Assembly: GCA_902766625.1 (NCBI GenBank)
Contig: CACXEH010000036.1
Span: 1 to 60,788 of the forward strand
Direction of reading: 5' to 3'
Length of the DNA: 60,788 nucleotides
Source: an uncultured Bacteroidales bacterium
GTDB lineage: Bacteria > Bacteroidota > Bacteroidia > Bacteroidales > Bacteroidaceae
Numbering within the stretch: position 1 is the stretch's first letter; each line of letters begins with the position of its first letter. Positions 10,254-18,055 of this stretch are shown here, piece by piece. Position numbers and translations under genes: made by a program. The notes below the pieces were generated by a model, which ran no database searches, was not told the DNA's origin, and saw only the letters and a program-made list of their open reading frames with translations.

Positions 10254-12242
10254 TTATTGTTTTTTATTGTTTTCAATTGCTTTGAGGAGAAATGCCTTAT
10301 ATTTATCGACATCCTCATTATATGAATACGAATGGTTCAGCGGTTTTCCATCAGAGGTCACGGGGATATAGAATGGTTGCGTGTTAGCCCCAAACTTATA
10401 ACTCTGCAGGAAACTCCACAACTGTCCTTTGGTACGCAATGTTATGCGTTTGCCATCTATATCGGTCTCAAACGGCTGGTCAAGCGGTGTGCGGTCATCC
10501 ACATAGAGCGACACCAGTATGAATTTCTCTTTCAATATATCAGCTATTTCCGGATCTGTCCACACGGCGGCCTCCATCTTGCGGCAGTTCACGCATCCAT
10601 ACCCGGTGAAATCCAGCAACAAGGGTTTTCCAGTCTCCCGGGCCATCTGTACAGCTTGGTCAAAGTCATCAAATTGCGCCCTGACCTCGTGCGAGGTGTT
10701 AATTTTAAAGTCTTGTGTGCTCATGGGCGGCGCAAAGGCACTGATACCTTTTAATGGTGCTCCCCAAAGGCCCGGCAGCATATATACGGCAAAAGCCAGA
10801 GATATCAAACCGCAGAAAAATCTAGGTACGGACGTACAGGACTGAGGCTCATCTGCCGGAAAACGGAGTTTTCCTAACAGGTATATACCCAAAAGGGCAA
10901 AAATAACTATCCACAATGCCAGGAAGACCTCCCTGCCCAAGATATGCCAGCCGTAAGCCATATCTGCTACGGAGAGAAATTTCAGCGCGAATGCCAGTTC
11001 TATGAATCCTAAGGTAACCTTAATAGTATTCATCCATCCGCCGCTTTTCGGCAGTTTCTTGATAAGTGCCGGAAAAAGGGCAAAGAGGGTAAAAGGCAAG
11101 GCAAGTGCTATGGCAAAGCCAAGCATACCCAATACAGGTGCCAGAAAGTTGGACGATGTCGTAAGGTCCACCAGCAGAAAACCGATGATGGGACCCGTAC
11201 ACGAAAACGACACGATGGTCAGTGTCGTCGCCATCAGGAAAATGCCCACAACACCGCCTTTGGCTTCTGCCGCATTGTCGGTCTTATTCCCCCAGGAAGA
11301 AGGCAGTGTGATTTCAAATCCTCCCATAAAACTGGCGGCAAAGACAATGAGTATAGCAAAACATATCAGGTTGAACACGGCACTGGTCGACAATGCGTTG
11401 AGCCCGTCAGAACCAAAGAGCAATGTAATCAGCAGGCCCATCCCGACATATATTATAATGATAGACAAACCATATATGACAGCATCGCGTATGCCGCCTC
11501 CCCAATGCTCTGCCCTTTTCGTGAAATAGCTGACGGTCATAGGAATAATCGGCCACACACATGGCGTGACGACGGCTATCAATCCACCGAGCAGTCCCAT
11601 CAGGAAAATCCAGTACAAGGATGTCTGTTGCGTATCATCTGTCTGCTGCTTAACATTAACAGGCATCCAGTAATCCGGCAACATACTGGCTTTTTCCACC
11701 GTTGCTTCATTCACGGAATCCTTTTCCTCATTCAGCGATGTCTTTGAAGCAGCTGCATCCTCTGTAGTTTTCTCTATTTTCGCCACTCCTGTTATCTCAA
11801 AGGGCACTTCTTTCGGTGGCAGACAGTTTTGATCGTTACAAGTGCCATATTCCAGATAACCGCTTGCGGCGTAGTTTTTTTCCGTAATTTGAAGGCGCTG
11901 TTGAAACAATGCCGTTCCTTCCATGTATTTCACATTCATGGAAAATAAGTCGTCATACTTTTCCTTAACATTTCCTTTGGCTTCCAGCTTACCGACAGGT
12001 TTGACTCCCTTGGCTTTTTCCATATGGAACGATGCCACCGTAGGTCCGCCATGAGGCATATCGCAGGAATATATATGCCAGCCGCTGTCTATCGTCCCGT
12101 GAAATTCTAAAAGTATCTCCGTCGGTGACACTTTACGCTGTTTCACCTCAAACTTCACAGGTTCTTCCAACTGAGCGCAAACAAGTAACGGCAACATCAG
12201 GAAGAGTATGTTTAGCCACGCACCTAACCTATGTCTCATCAT
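10254..12242 (-). CDS. dsbD: Thiol:disulfide interchange protein DsbD-like (N-terminal DsbD-alpha, membrane core, C-terminal thioredoxin)
   Basis: Membrane-core cysteines are present (VTPCVWPIIP and SFSCTGPIIG), as is a C-terminal thioredoxin CxxC (GYGCVNCRKME). I place the start at the ATG ATG (MMRHRLG...) because a TAnnTTTG box lies inside the TTG-extended ORF. Confidence 0.85.
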   Translation of the reverse strand: MMRHRLGAWLNILFLMLPLLVCAQLEEPVKFEVKQRKVSPTEILLEFHGTIDSGWHIYSCDMPHGGPTVASFHMEKAKGVKPVGKLEAKGNVKEKYDDLFSMNVKYMEGTALFQQRLQITEKNYAASGYLEYGTCNDQNCLPPKEVPFEITGVAKIEKTTEDAAASKTSLNEEKDSVNEATVEKASMLPDYWMPVNVKQQTDDTQQTSLYWIFLMGLLGGLIAVVTPCVWPIIPMTVSYFTKRAEHWGGGIRDAVIYGLSIIIIYVGMGLLITLLFGSDGLNALSTSAVFNLICFAILIVFAASFMGGFEITLPSSWGNKTDNAAEAKGGVVGIFLMATTLTIVSFSCTGPIIGFLLVDLTTSSNFLAPVLGMLGFAIALALPFTLFALFPALIKKLPKSGGWMNTIKVTLGFIELAFALKFLSVADMAYGWHILGREVFLALWIVIFALLGIYLLGKLRFPADEPQSCTSVPRFFCGLISLAFAVYMLPGLWGAPLKGISAFAPPMSTQDFKINTSHEVRAQFDDFDQAVQMARETGKPLLLDFTGYGCVNCRKMEAAVWTDPEIADILKEKFILVSLYVDDRTPLDQPFETDIDGKRITLRTKGQLWSFLQSYKFGANTQPFYIPVTSDGKPLNHSYSYNEDVDKYKAFLLKAIENNKKQ

Positions 12243-12256
12243 GAATATAATTTGTA

Positions 12257-12264
12257 CAAAAATA
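12257..12264 (-). promoter_or_regulatory. Candidate Bacteroidetes -7 promoter box (TATTTTTG) for the dsbD operon
   Basis: The reverse complement of caaaaata matches the TAnnTTTG consensus. It lies about 15 nt upstream of the ATG at 12242. Confidence 0.4.
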
Positions 12265-12372
12265 CACAATTCTTACCATTTACCATCCTCTTGTCTTTTA
12301 ATTAATGTAAATACATATTTATAATAAGATAAATTGATTCTTTTGACATGATATATCTTCAGTTCTATCCCA

Positions 12373-12440
12373 TGGAACGCATGTTCCGGCCTCTGGAATC
12401 TATGTTCCAGCCTTCAGAATTTACATTCCATTGTATGGAA
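12373..12440 (+). repeat. 21-bp tandem mini-palindrome array, locus A (3 good units plus a degenerate one)
   Basis: Units: tggaacgcatgttccggcctc / tggaatctatgttccagcctt / cagaatttacattccattgta / tggaag... Same family as the arrays at 20721-20846 and 37275-37379. Confidence 0.8.
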
Positions 12441-12538
12441 GAAGAAAGATATCGGCAGGAAAAACAGAATTGTCCGCGCAGAAGCTGTCTTTCTTATCAA
12501 CAATGATGGAAAAACAGTTTGTTATCCTTTTTTTATCG

Positions 12539-12546
12539 TATTTTTG
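12539..12546 (+). promoter_or_regulatory. Candidate -7 box (TATTTTTG) for bcp, with TTTG about 17 nt upstream
   Basis: Matches TAnnTTTG. An upstream TTTG is present in cagtttgtta. The bcp ATG is at 12580. Confidence 0.45.
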
Positions 12547-12579
12547 TATGTTCATTTAACACATCAGAAATAATCAAAC

Positions 12580-13032
12580 ATGGAAATAGGACAACGACTG
12601 CCGGAAAATCTCGGTATTGACCAAGACGGGAATGAAATAAAATTGAGTGATTTCGCTGGGAAAAAGCTGGTTTTATATGTTTATCCGAAGGATTCCACTC
12701 CTGGATGCACTACGGAATCATGCAATCTGAGAGATAATTACAACACCCTCCTTCAGAAGAACTACGCAGTGGTTGGTGTCAGTATACAGAGTCAGGCATC
12801 CCATAAAAAATTTATAGAAAAGTATCAACTGCCCTTCCCCCTTATTGCCGACACTGAGAAGAAGTTGGTAAATGCATTGGGAGTTTATGGCGAGAAGAAG
12901 ACGTTCGGCAAAGTCACCATGGGTATATTCCGCACTACTTTTATAGCTGACGAGCAAGGCATCATCACGGACATTTTCAAGCCTCAAGACATTAAAGTCA
13001 AAGAGCACGCAAAGCAAATACTGAAAAAATGA
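12580..13032 (+). CDS. bcp: Thioredoxin-dependent peroxiredoxin Bcp
   Basis: 150 aa with the motif YPKDSTPGCTTESC, which contains the peroxidatic Cys. Length and overall similarity fit Bcp/PrxQ. Confidence 0.9.
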   Translation: MEIGQRLPENLGIDQDGNEIKLSDFAGKKLVLYVYPKDSTPGCTTESCNLRDNYNTLLQKNYAVVGVSIQSQASHKKFIEKYQLPFPLIADTEKKLVNALGVYGEKKTFGKVTMGIFRTTFIADEQGIITDIFKPQDIKVKEHAKQILKK

Positions 13033-14132
13033 GAAGTTGCTTTCTGCTTTTTATGGTCATTTCGCTGTTTACCGCATGCAGTCCGAAAGTAGGCGGCATT
13101 GATGAGCCGCTGACGAAAAACAGCCTTTACGACATCAATAGAAAAGTTATTTCGCAACAATTTGACTTTGACAAAGAAGGCAATGTCTATTATGTTGAAC
13201 TGACCCAAAGCCACAGACAATTTCTTGTCAATATATGGCGTATCAGTGTCGACAAACTCAACCGCAGCGACAAACTGGCCTTATACAAAGGCGACTCCAT
13301 GAGTGTTATTTTTGCCGGTCATCCCACTGGGTTTGCCATTGAGGATACGCCCGACGGCCCCAATGTCTGGATAAGCAACTACGCTTCCAAGCAACCCGAC
13401 AAACACTATTGGCAGTCACAGACCATTTCCCGCATGAAATATATTCCCAACAGCATACGCATGCCTGATGACAAGGACATAGAACACTTCTGGTTCCCTC
13501 ATCGCGCAGACATCAATGTCGCACTTGACACCAAACATGACCTGGTGGCATTCTCTTTTTACTATATGCCGGAAGACGAAAAGAAACTCCATATTGATAA
13601 ATACAGAAGCAGGCGTGTGCGCATATACCGACTCAGCGACGCACTGGCATCGCCGTTGGAGAATATTACGTTACCACGGAAATGGTACCGTGGCGGTGAC
13701 GGCGCGCCGTTGTCTTATGACAGTATCACAGTGACACTGAAAGCGCACGACCTGTCACACCTCCCGCCAGTTGCAGAAATAGGCACACATGTTTCCGGCA
13801 AAAATCCGGAAAAGATAAACTCTACGGCATGGCAAGGTTTTGACGTAGACAAGGATATCGTATGGTTCAGTGAAGGCGTAACATCCTCGGGAGCATATCT
13901 GACCGGCTATGCATTTAACGACAGCGTAGTTTCACACCGCACTAAAGTGCTGTCATCAGATTACTGTCCTGAATGGGACGAGTTTGGCGTATGCGACTCT
14001 GCAAAACGCCAGTATGAAAACGAAGGCGTAAGAGTATGGAAAGGACACCTCTACCTGGGAATGTTCACCAAAAGGGCTGATGGCGAATATCGCTCCAATA
14101 TCATGAAGTTCAAACGTAAAAAATACAAATAA
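13029..14132 (+). CDS. Hypothetical lipoprotein of unknown function
   Basis: 367 aa with a lipobox (LFTAC|S). Its ATG forms an ATGA overlap with the bcp stop. I recognise no catalytic motif. Confidence 0.65.
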   Translation: MRSCFLLFMVISLFTACSPKVGGIDEPLTKNSLYDINRKVISQQFDFDKEGNVYYVELTQSHRQFLVNIWRISVDKLNRSDKLALYKGDSMSVIFAGHPTGFAIEDTPDGPNVWISNYASKQPDKHYWQSQTISRMKYIPNSIRMPDDKDIEHFWFPHRADINVALDTKHDLVAFSFYYMPEDEKKLHIDKYRSRRVRIYRLSDALASPLENITLPRKWYRGGDGAPLSYDSITVTLKAHDLSHLPPVAEIGTHVSGKNPEKINSTAWQGFDVDKDIVWFSEGVTSSGAYLTGYAFNDSVVSHRTKVLSSDYCPEWDEFGVCDSAKRQYENEGVRVWKGHLYLGMFTKRADGEYRSNIMKFKRKKYK

Positions 14133-14146
14133 CCGTTCCGGTTCAC

Positions 14147-15175
14147 ATGCGGCTTTCCTGTTTTCTGTTTTTCCTATTGCTGATAAGCCTGAACGCTTTT
14201 TCGCAAACGAACACCAACGATGAGACGAATTCCCGTTGGAAGATTCGCCGCAAAAACTTCATCCAGAAAGCAGACTGCGTCTTGTCTAACTTTCAGAGGC
14301 GCATGTCTCCCGTAGACAGCAACTATATTGTCAGGCCGCACGGGACATGGACTTTTAAGGTCAGATATAATCTGGCAGGCACACGTATCAAAACAAAAGG
14401 CTATTCACAAAAAGAATATTTTACTTCGGATATACAGACAGACATCCGGCATACAACATCTTTTTCCGCAACCTATCGCGGCATAACATTAGGGTTTGCC
14501 GTCAATCCGGCACGACTTACAGGCAAAAAACACGATTTTGAGTTAAACATCAATTCATACGGTAACAAGTATGGTCTGGACTATGTATATCAAAATACTT
14601 CCACCTTTCACGGGAAAGTTAATGCACCCAGCGGAGATGTCGCTATAAGCAGCGGAATAGTCAAGTTCCGCGCTGTAACGACAACTGCCTATTATGTCTT
14701 CAATGGTAAAAAATTCTCTCTTCCCGCAGCCTTCACACAATCATATATACAAAAACGTAGCTCAGGCAGTTTCTTCTTAGGGCTGTCATACCATGGCAGC
14801 AGTTTATTTATAAACAATCCCAATCACGACGACGAGGACCTTCGCCGCATACGCACCAGTCACGCAGGTATCAGCGTCGGATATGGCTACAACCTCGTTC
14901 CGCCGAAGAACTGGCTGATACATATGTCTGTACAACCCAGCATTGTACTTTTCTCAAACAACAAACTATACTATTACGGTGACGAGACCAAACGGTCGAA
15001 TGACTGGAGCGACATCCTCTTTACAGGACGAATTGCCGTTATACATTATTTCAAAAAGAAATATTTTATTGGCGTTACCTACAATTACAATCATTCCAAG
15101 ACAGGTGACACAGACCGCATCTCCGTTTCCAACGGTAAATGGCACGGCAGACTTATTTTCGGAATGCGCATGTAG
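14147..15175 (+). CDS. Putative outer-membrane beta-barrel protein (DUF4421-like)
   Basis: 342 aa with a signal peptide (LLLISLNAFSQ). The sequence alternates hydrophobic positions and is rich in aromatic and Gly residues, ending ...GRLIFGMRM. The family assignment is from memory only. Confidence 0.5.
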   Translation: MRLSCFLFFLLLISLNAFSQTNTNDETNSRWKIRRKNFIQKADCVLSNFQRRMSPVDSNYIVRPHGTWTFKVRYNLAGTRIKTKGYSQKEYFTSDIQTDIRHTTSFSATYRGITLGFAVNPARLTGKKHDFELNINSYGNKYGLDYVYQNTSTFHGKVNAPSGDVAISSGIVKFRAVTTTAYYVFNGKKFSLPAAFTQSYIQKRSSGSFFLGLSYHGSSLFINNPNHDDEDLRRIRTSHAGISVGYGYNLVPPKNWLIHMSVQPSIVLFSNNKLYYYGDETKRSNDWSDILFTGRIAVIHYFKKKYFIGVTYNYNHSKTGDTDRISVSNGKWHGRLIFGMRM

Positions 15176-15202
15176 TCATTCGCACAAGATGTCTATGTAT
15201 TT

Positions 15203-15475
15203 TCAGTCATCCAATTCCTTAAACTTATTGTTCAGGTACTTGCATTTGTAGAGCGACAACGCAAACCACAACAACATAGCCGCATAATAAATCACATGCG
15301 CCTTTATCGGCAGCAACAGCAATAATAATGCGACTTGTACTTGCAAGATACGCAACGTATCCGTTGTATTAAAGTTCACGCCCATAATCCTGGAATATAC
15401 TCCTGCTATCGGTGTCAAAAAAGTATTAACCAATGAGAATTGCACAGTTTTGTTCATTGCGATTTCTTTCTTCAT
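15203..15475 (-). CDS. Small hypothetical membrane protein
   Basis: About 90 aa from MKKEIAMNKTV..., with two hydrophobic segments (...ALLLLLLPI..., ...AAMLLWFALSLY). A TACTTTTG box inside the longer ORF argues for this shorter start. Confidence 0.4.
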   Translation of the reverse strand: MKKEIAMNKTVQFSLVNTFLTPIAGVYSRIMGVNFNTTDTLRILQVQVALLLLLLPIKAHVIYYAAMLLWFALSLYKCKYLNNKFKELDD

Positions 15476-15502
15476 CTCTGTTCGTCTTTTAAGTTTACAC
15501 GG

Positions 15503-15510
15503 CAAAAGTA
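15503..15510 (-). promoter_or_regulatory. Candidate -7 box (TACTTTTG)
   Basis: The reverse complement of caaaagta matches TAnnTTTG. It lies about 28 nt upstream of the ATG at 15475. Confidence 0.35.
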
Positions 15511-15621
15511 TTTCTATTATGTGCCATATTAAGACATTTAACAATGAAAAAATATTAATCTTTATACAGAATCGACGAATTACGTTAACATTAGTTAAAA
15601 TACAGTTTTTGTCGTAGACAT

Positions 15622-15656
15622 AAAAAAAGGGATATGCAATTTGACTTGCATATCCC
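15622..15656 (-). terminator. Rho-independent terminator after the 15677-16048 gene
   Basis: A perfect 11-bp stem (gggatatgcaa / ttgcatatccc) with a 6-nt loop. On the minus strand it is followed by a run of seven T (aaaaaaa on the plus strand, 15622-15628). Confidence 0.7.
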
Positions 15657-15676
15657 TCAACATGAAAATTTTACTT

Positions 15677-16048
15677 TTATTTAATCTTAAACATTCTGTC
15701 AACAATCTGATAACCCTTCGGAGTGAAAGTGCCTTTTTCTTTAATCATGCTCTTTCTGCCTTCTCTTAGGGTTCCCTTCTTGATTCCAAATTTCACCTCA
15801 TAAGGTTTCCACTTGTTTGCCAATGAACCATCTGCCAAGCGGCGTTTTGTGATACCTAACTTCTCGCTCAATCTTGAAGCGAAATAAGCAAATAGTCTGT
15901 AAGTACAGGTTACATTGTAATCTTTGTCAAGCAAACCAGCTTTGATAGCTTTTTTATAATATACCTTAGCTTCTGCTGATGCTAAAATTGTAGCAGGAGT
16001 AATTTTAGGTTTGGCCTGATTCTTTCTTGGTTTAGTTTTTTTCTTCAT
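15677..16048 (-). CDS. Small, very basic hypothetical protein (possibly nucleic-acid-binding)
   Basis: 123 aa with a Lys/Arg/Pro-rich N-terminus (MKKKTKPRKNQAKPKITPAT). It has its own predicted promoter and terminator. I recognise no family. Confidence 0.5.
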   Translation of the reverse strand: MKKKTKPRKNQAKPKITPATILASAEAKVYYKKAIKAGLLDKDYNVTCTYRLFAYFASRLSEKLGITKRRLADGSLANKWKPYEVKFGIKKGTLREGRKSMIKEKGTFTPKGYQIVDRMFKIK

Positions 16049-16121
16049 TTGTAATGATAATTTATGCTATTAATATTCAAACAATCTATCGTAGGAAAAA
16101 TAGTATGTTCCTCTTTGAGCG

Positions 16122-16129
16122 CAAAAGTA
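16122..16129 (-). promoter_or_regulatory. Candidate -7 box (TACTTTTG)
   Basis: The reverse complement of caaaagta matches TAnnTTTG. It lies about 70 nt upstream of the ATG at 16048. Confidence 0.35.
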
Positions 16130-16331
16130 CTAAAAAAATCTCATAAATACATCATTTTCAAGAAAAAAACACAAAAAAAATTTTAAAACCGCTTACAGAT
16201 AGCTCTTATCTTTATCTATATCAACAAAGACAAGAACTCTGTATGAATTTCTTGCGTTTTTACGCTATCAAGACATTTTGGTGGAGTAACAAAAACGGAT
16301 TGAGGGAAAAAACAATATCAAGACTATATCG

Positions 16332-16403
16332 TATCCCCGCCGGGAATCGAACCCGGATCAGCAGTTTAGGAAACTGCTGTTCTATCCATTGAACTACAGG
16401 GAC
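16332..16403 (-). tRNA. tRNA-Arg (anticodon CCT)
   Basis: The reverse complement folds as a cloverleaf: GTCCCTG-TA-GTTC-AATGGATA-GAAC-A-GCAGT-TTCCTAA-ACTGC-TGATC-CGGGT/TTCGATT/CCCGG-CGGGGAT-A. The anticodon loop is TT-CCT-AA. CCA is not encoded. Confidence 0.9.
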
Positions 16404-16417
16404 AATGTAAGCGGAGA

Positions 16418-16425
16418 CAAAATTA
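16418..16425 (-). promoter_or_regulatory. Candidate -7 box (TAATTTTG) for tRNA-Arg
   Basis: The reverse complement of caaaatta matches TAnnTTTG. It lies about 15 nt upstream of the tRNA 5' end. Confidence 0.45.
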
Positions 16426-16477
16426 CAAAAATTGTTTGTAACAGCAATCTTGTTTTTGTTTTATCATTTTTAAATCT

Positions 16478-16485
16478 TATATTTG
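16478..16485 (+). promoter_or_regulatory. Candidate -7 box (TATATTTG) with TTTG about 19 nt upstream
   Basis: Matches TAnnTTTG and lies 25 nt upstream of the GH43 ATG. Confidence 0.45.
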
Positions 16486-16509
16486 TATCAACATTAATAA
16501 TATTAAACA

Positions 16510-17490
16510 ATGAAACGCATAGTATTATGTCTTTTGACGACTTTCTCGATCCTCGTGACTAATCACGCAATGGCCCAAACATTCAGTAATCCTATCATTG
16601 CCACCGATGCGCCTGACCCCAGCGTCATCAAAGCAGACGATGGCATGTTTTATCTTTTCTCCACGAGCAACCGCATTTTCAAAAGTGCCGACATGGTGCA
16701 TTGGACTCGAATACAAGACTGTTTCACGCCAAAAGGCAGGCCTACTTTTGTTCCCGGGGTTAAAAATCTATGGGCACCGGATATTAACAAAATAGGTAAA
16801 CGATATGTTCTTTACTTTGCTATGTCAAAGTGGGGCGGAGAAGACAGTTGTGGCATCGGCGTCGCCACAAGTAAGAATATTGAAGGGCCATACACTTGTA
16901 TCAACGGAAACGGAAAACTTTTCCGCAGTTTTGAAATAGGCGTACGCAACAGCATTGACCCGTTTTACATCAAAGATCATGGCAAGAACTATCTCATATG
17001 GGGAAGTTTTCATGGCATTTATGCTATCCAACTGAGCAAGGACGGCTTATCACTAATGCAAGACAGCAAGCCTTTCAAAATCGCCGGCAATGCTTATGAG
17101 GGCAGTTATATCTACAAACACAAAGGTTACTATTATTTTTTCGGCTCAATAGGCTCTTGTTGTGCTGGAGCAAAAAGCACATATACTACGGTCGTAGCAC
17201 GAAGCAAAAAGCTGCTGGGTCCTTATGTAGACCGGAAGGGGCAGCCGTTATTGGGAAATCATCATGAGATACTCATCCGAGGCAACTCCGAGTGGGCAGG
17301 CACAGGGCATAATGGAGAACTCATCAAAGACAAGAAAGGCAGAACATGGATGCCATACCATGCTTATAGCATAAAACATCCGGAGAAAGGGCGTATGGTA
17401 CTTCTGGACCAGATAAAATGGGGTGAAGACGGATGGCCGTACGCAGACAATGCCGAACCTGCCGCAACATCAGAACAACCTATTTTTTAA
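16510..17490 (+). CDS. Glycoside hydrolase family 43 (arabinanase/xylosidase-like five-bladed propeller), secreted
   Basis: 326 aa with a signal peptide. Motifs include [31 protein letters not shown] and [15 protein letters not shown], all typical of GH43. Confidence 0.85.
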   Translation: MKRIVLCLLTTFSILVTNHAMAQTFSNPIIATDAPDPSVIKADDGMFYLFSTSNRIFKSADMVHWTRIQDCFTPKGRPTFVPGVKNLWAPDINKIGKRYVLYFAMSKWGGEDSCGIGVATSKNIEGPYTCINGNGKLFRSFEIGVRNSIDPFYIKDHGKNYLIWGSFHGIYAIQLSKDGLSLMQDSKPFKIAGNAYEGSYIYKHKGYYYFFGSIGSCCAGAKSTYTTVVARSKKLLGPYVDRKGQPLLGNHHEILIRGNSEWAGTGHNGELIKDKKGRTWMPYHAYSIKHPEKGRMVLLDQIKWGEDGWPYADNAEPAATSEQPIF

Positions 17491-17507
17491 TCTTAACATA
17501 TAATGAT

Positions 17508-17825
17508 ATGATTTTGACAACAACTCCAAACATTGAAGGACAACCTGTAAAAGAGTATTTAGGAATAGTCACAGGTGAGACCATTATCGGCGCAAACTTT
17601 GTAAAAGATTTTTTTGCCAGTGTCCGCGACTTTGTAGGCGGACGTTCTGGAAGTTATGAGAAAGTCTTGATTGAGGCAAAAAAAACGGCCATGCGAGAGA
17701 TGACAGAACGGGCAGAAGAAATGGGAGCCAATGCCATTATCGGCATAGACATCGACTACGAAACAGTCGGGAAAAACGGTGGAATGCTCATGGCAGCTAC
17801 CAGCGGGACAGCCGTTGTCATTTGA
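17508..17825 (+). CDS. YbjQ/UPF0145 family protein
   Basis: [24 protein letters not shown]...GGRSGSYEK...[12 protein letters not shown] is a full-length match to the YbjQ_1 pattern. The ORF track start at 17433 overlaps the GH43 end and looks spurious. Confidence 0.85.
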   Translation: MILTTTPNIEGQPVKEYLGIVTGETIIGANFVKDFFASVRDFVGGRSGSYEKVLIEAKKTAMREMTERAEEMGANAIIGIDIDYETVGKNGGMLMAATSGTAVVI

Positions 17826-18055
17826 ATCACCGACTAGTTATCTCTGCTCCAACGGCATAGCAATATGGCGACAATACGCTGTATGAATACAACATCCTAA
17901 ATGCAGGTGCACCGTCATATGTGGAGAAACGGATTCCGCTGTATGTTTAACAGTATTTTCCTTCAAGGGAAAAAGTTTTACCACAATCATCTTCAAGAGA
18001 ATAATTGCCAAGAGGCAAAAGAAGATTATGTCTATTATCACCATCACGAACAATT

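Noticed and set aside
12373-12414. The repeat units resemble a sigma-54 promoter (TGGCAC-N5-TTGC).
   Set aside because: The units read TGGAAC-N5-TTCC. They lack both the conserved C of the -24 GGCAC element and the invariant GC of the -12 element. They also occur as tandem copies every 21 bp, which is not how sigma-54 promoters are organised.
16163-16180. The 18-mer AAAAAAACACAAAAAAAA near tRNA-Arg recurs at 40414-40433 near tRNA-Tyr.
   Set aside because: It is a low-complexity A-tract. The two copies have different orientation and distance relative to their tRNAs. A chance match in AT-rich spacers is the simplest explanation.
16332-16403. tRNA-Arg(CCT) could be an integration site for a genomic island.
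   Set aside because: I found no integrase, no duplicated tRNA 3' segment and no phage or conjugation genes on either side.
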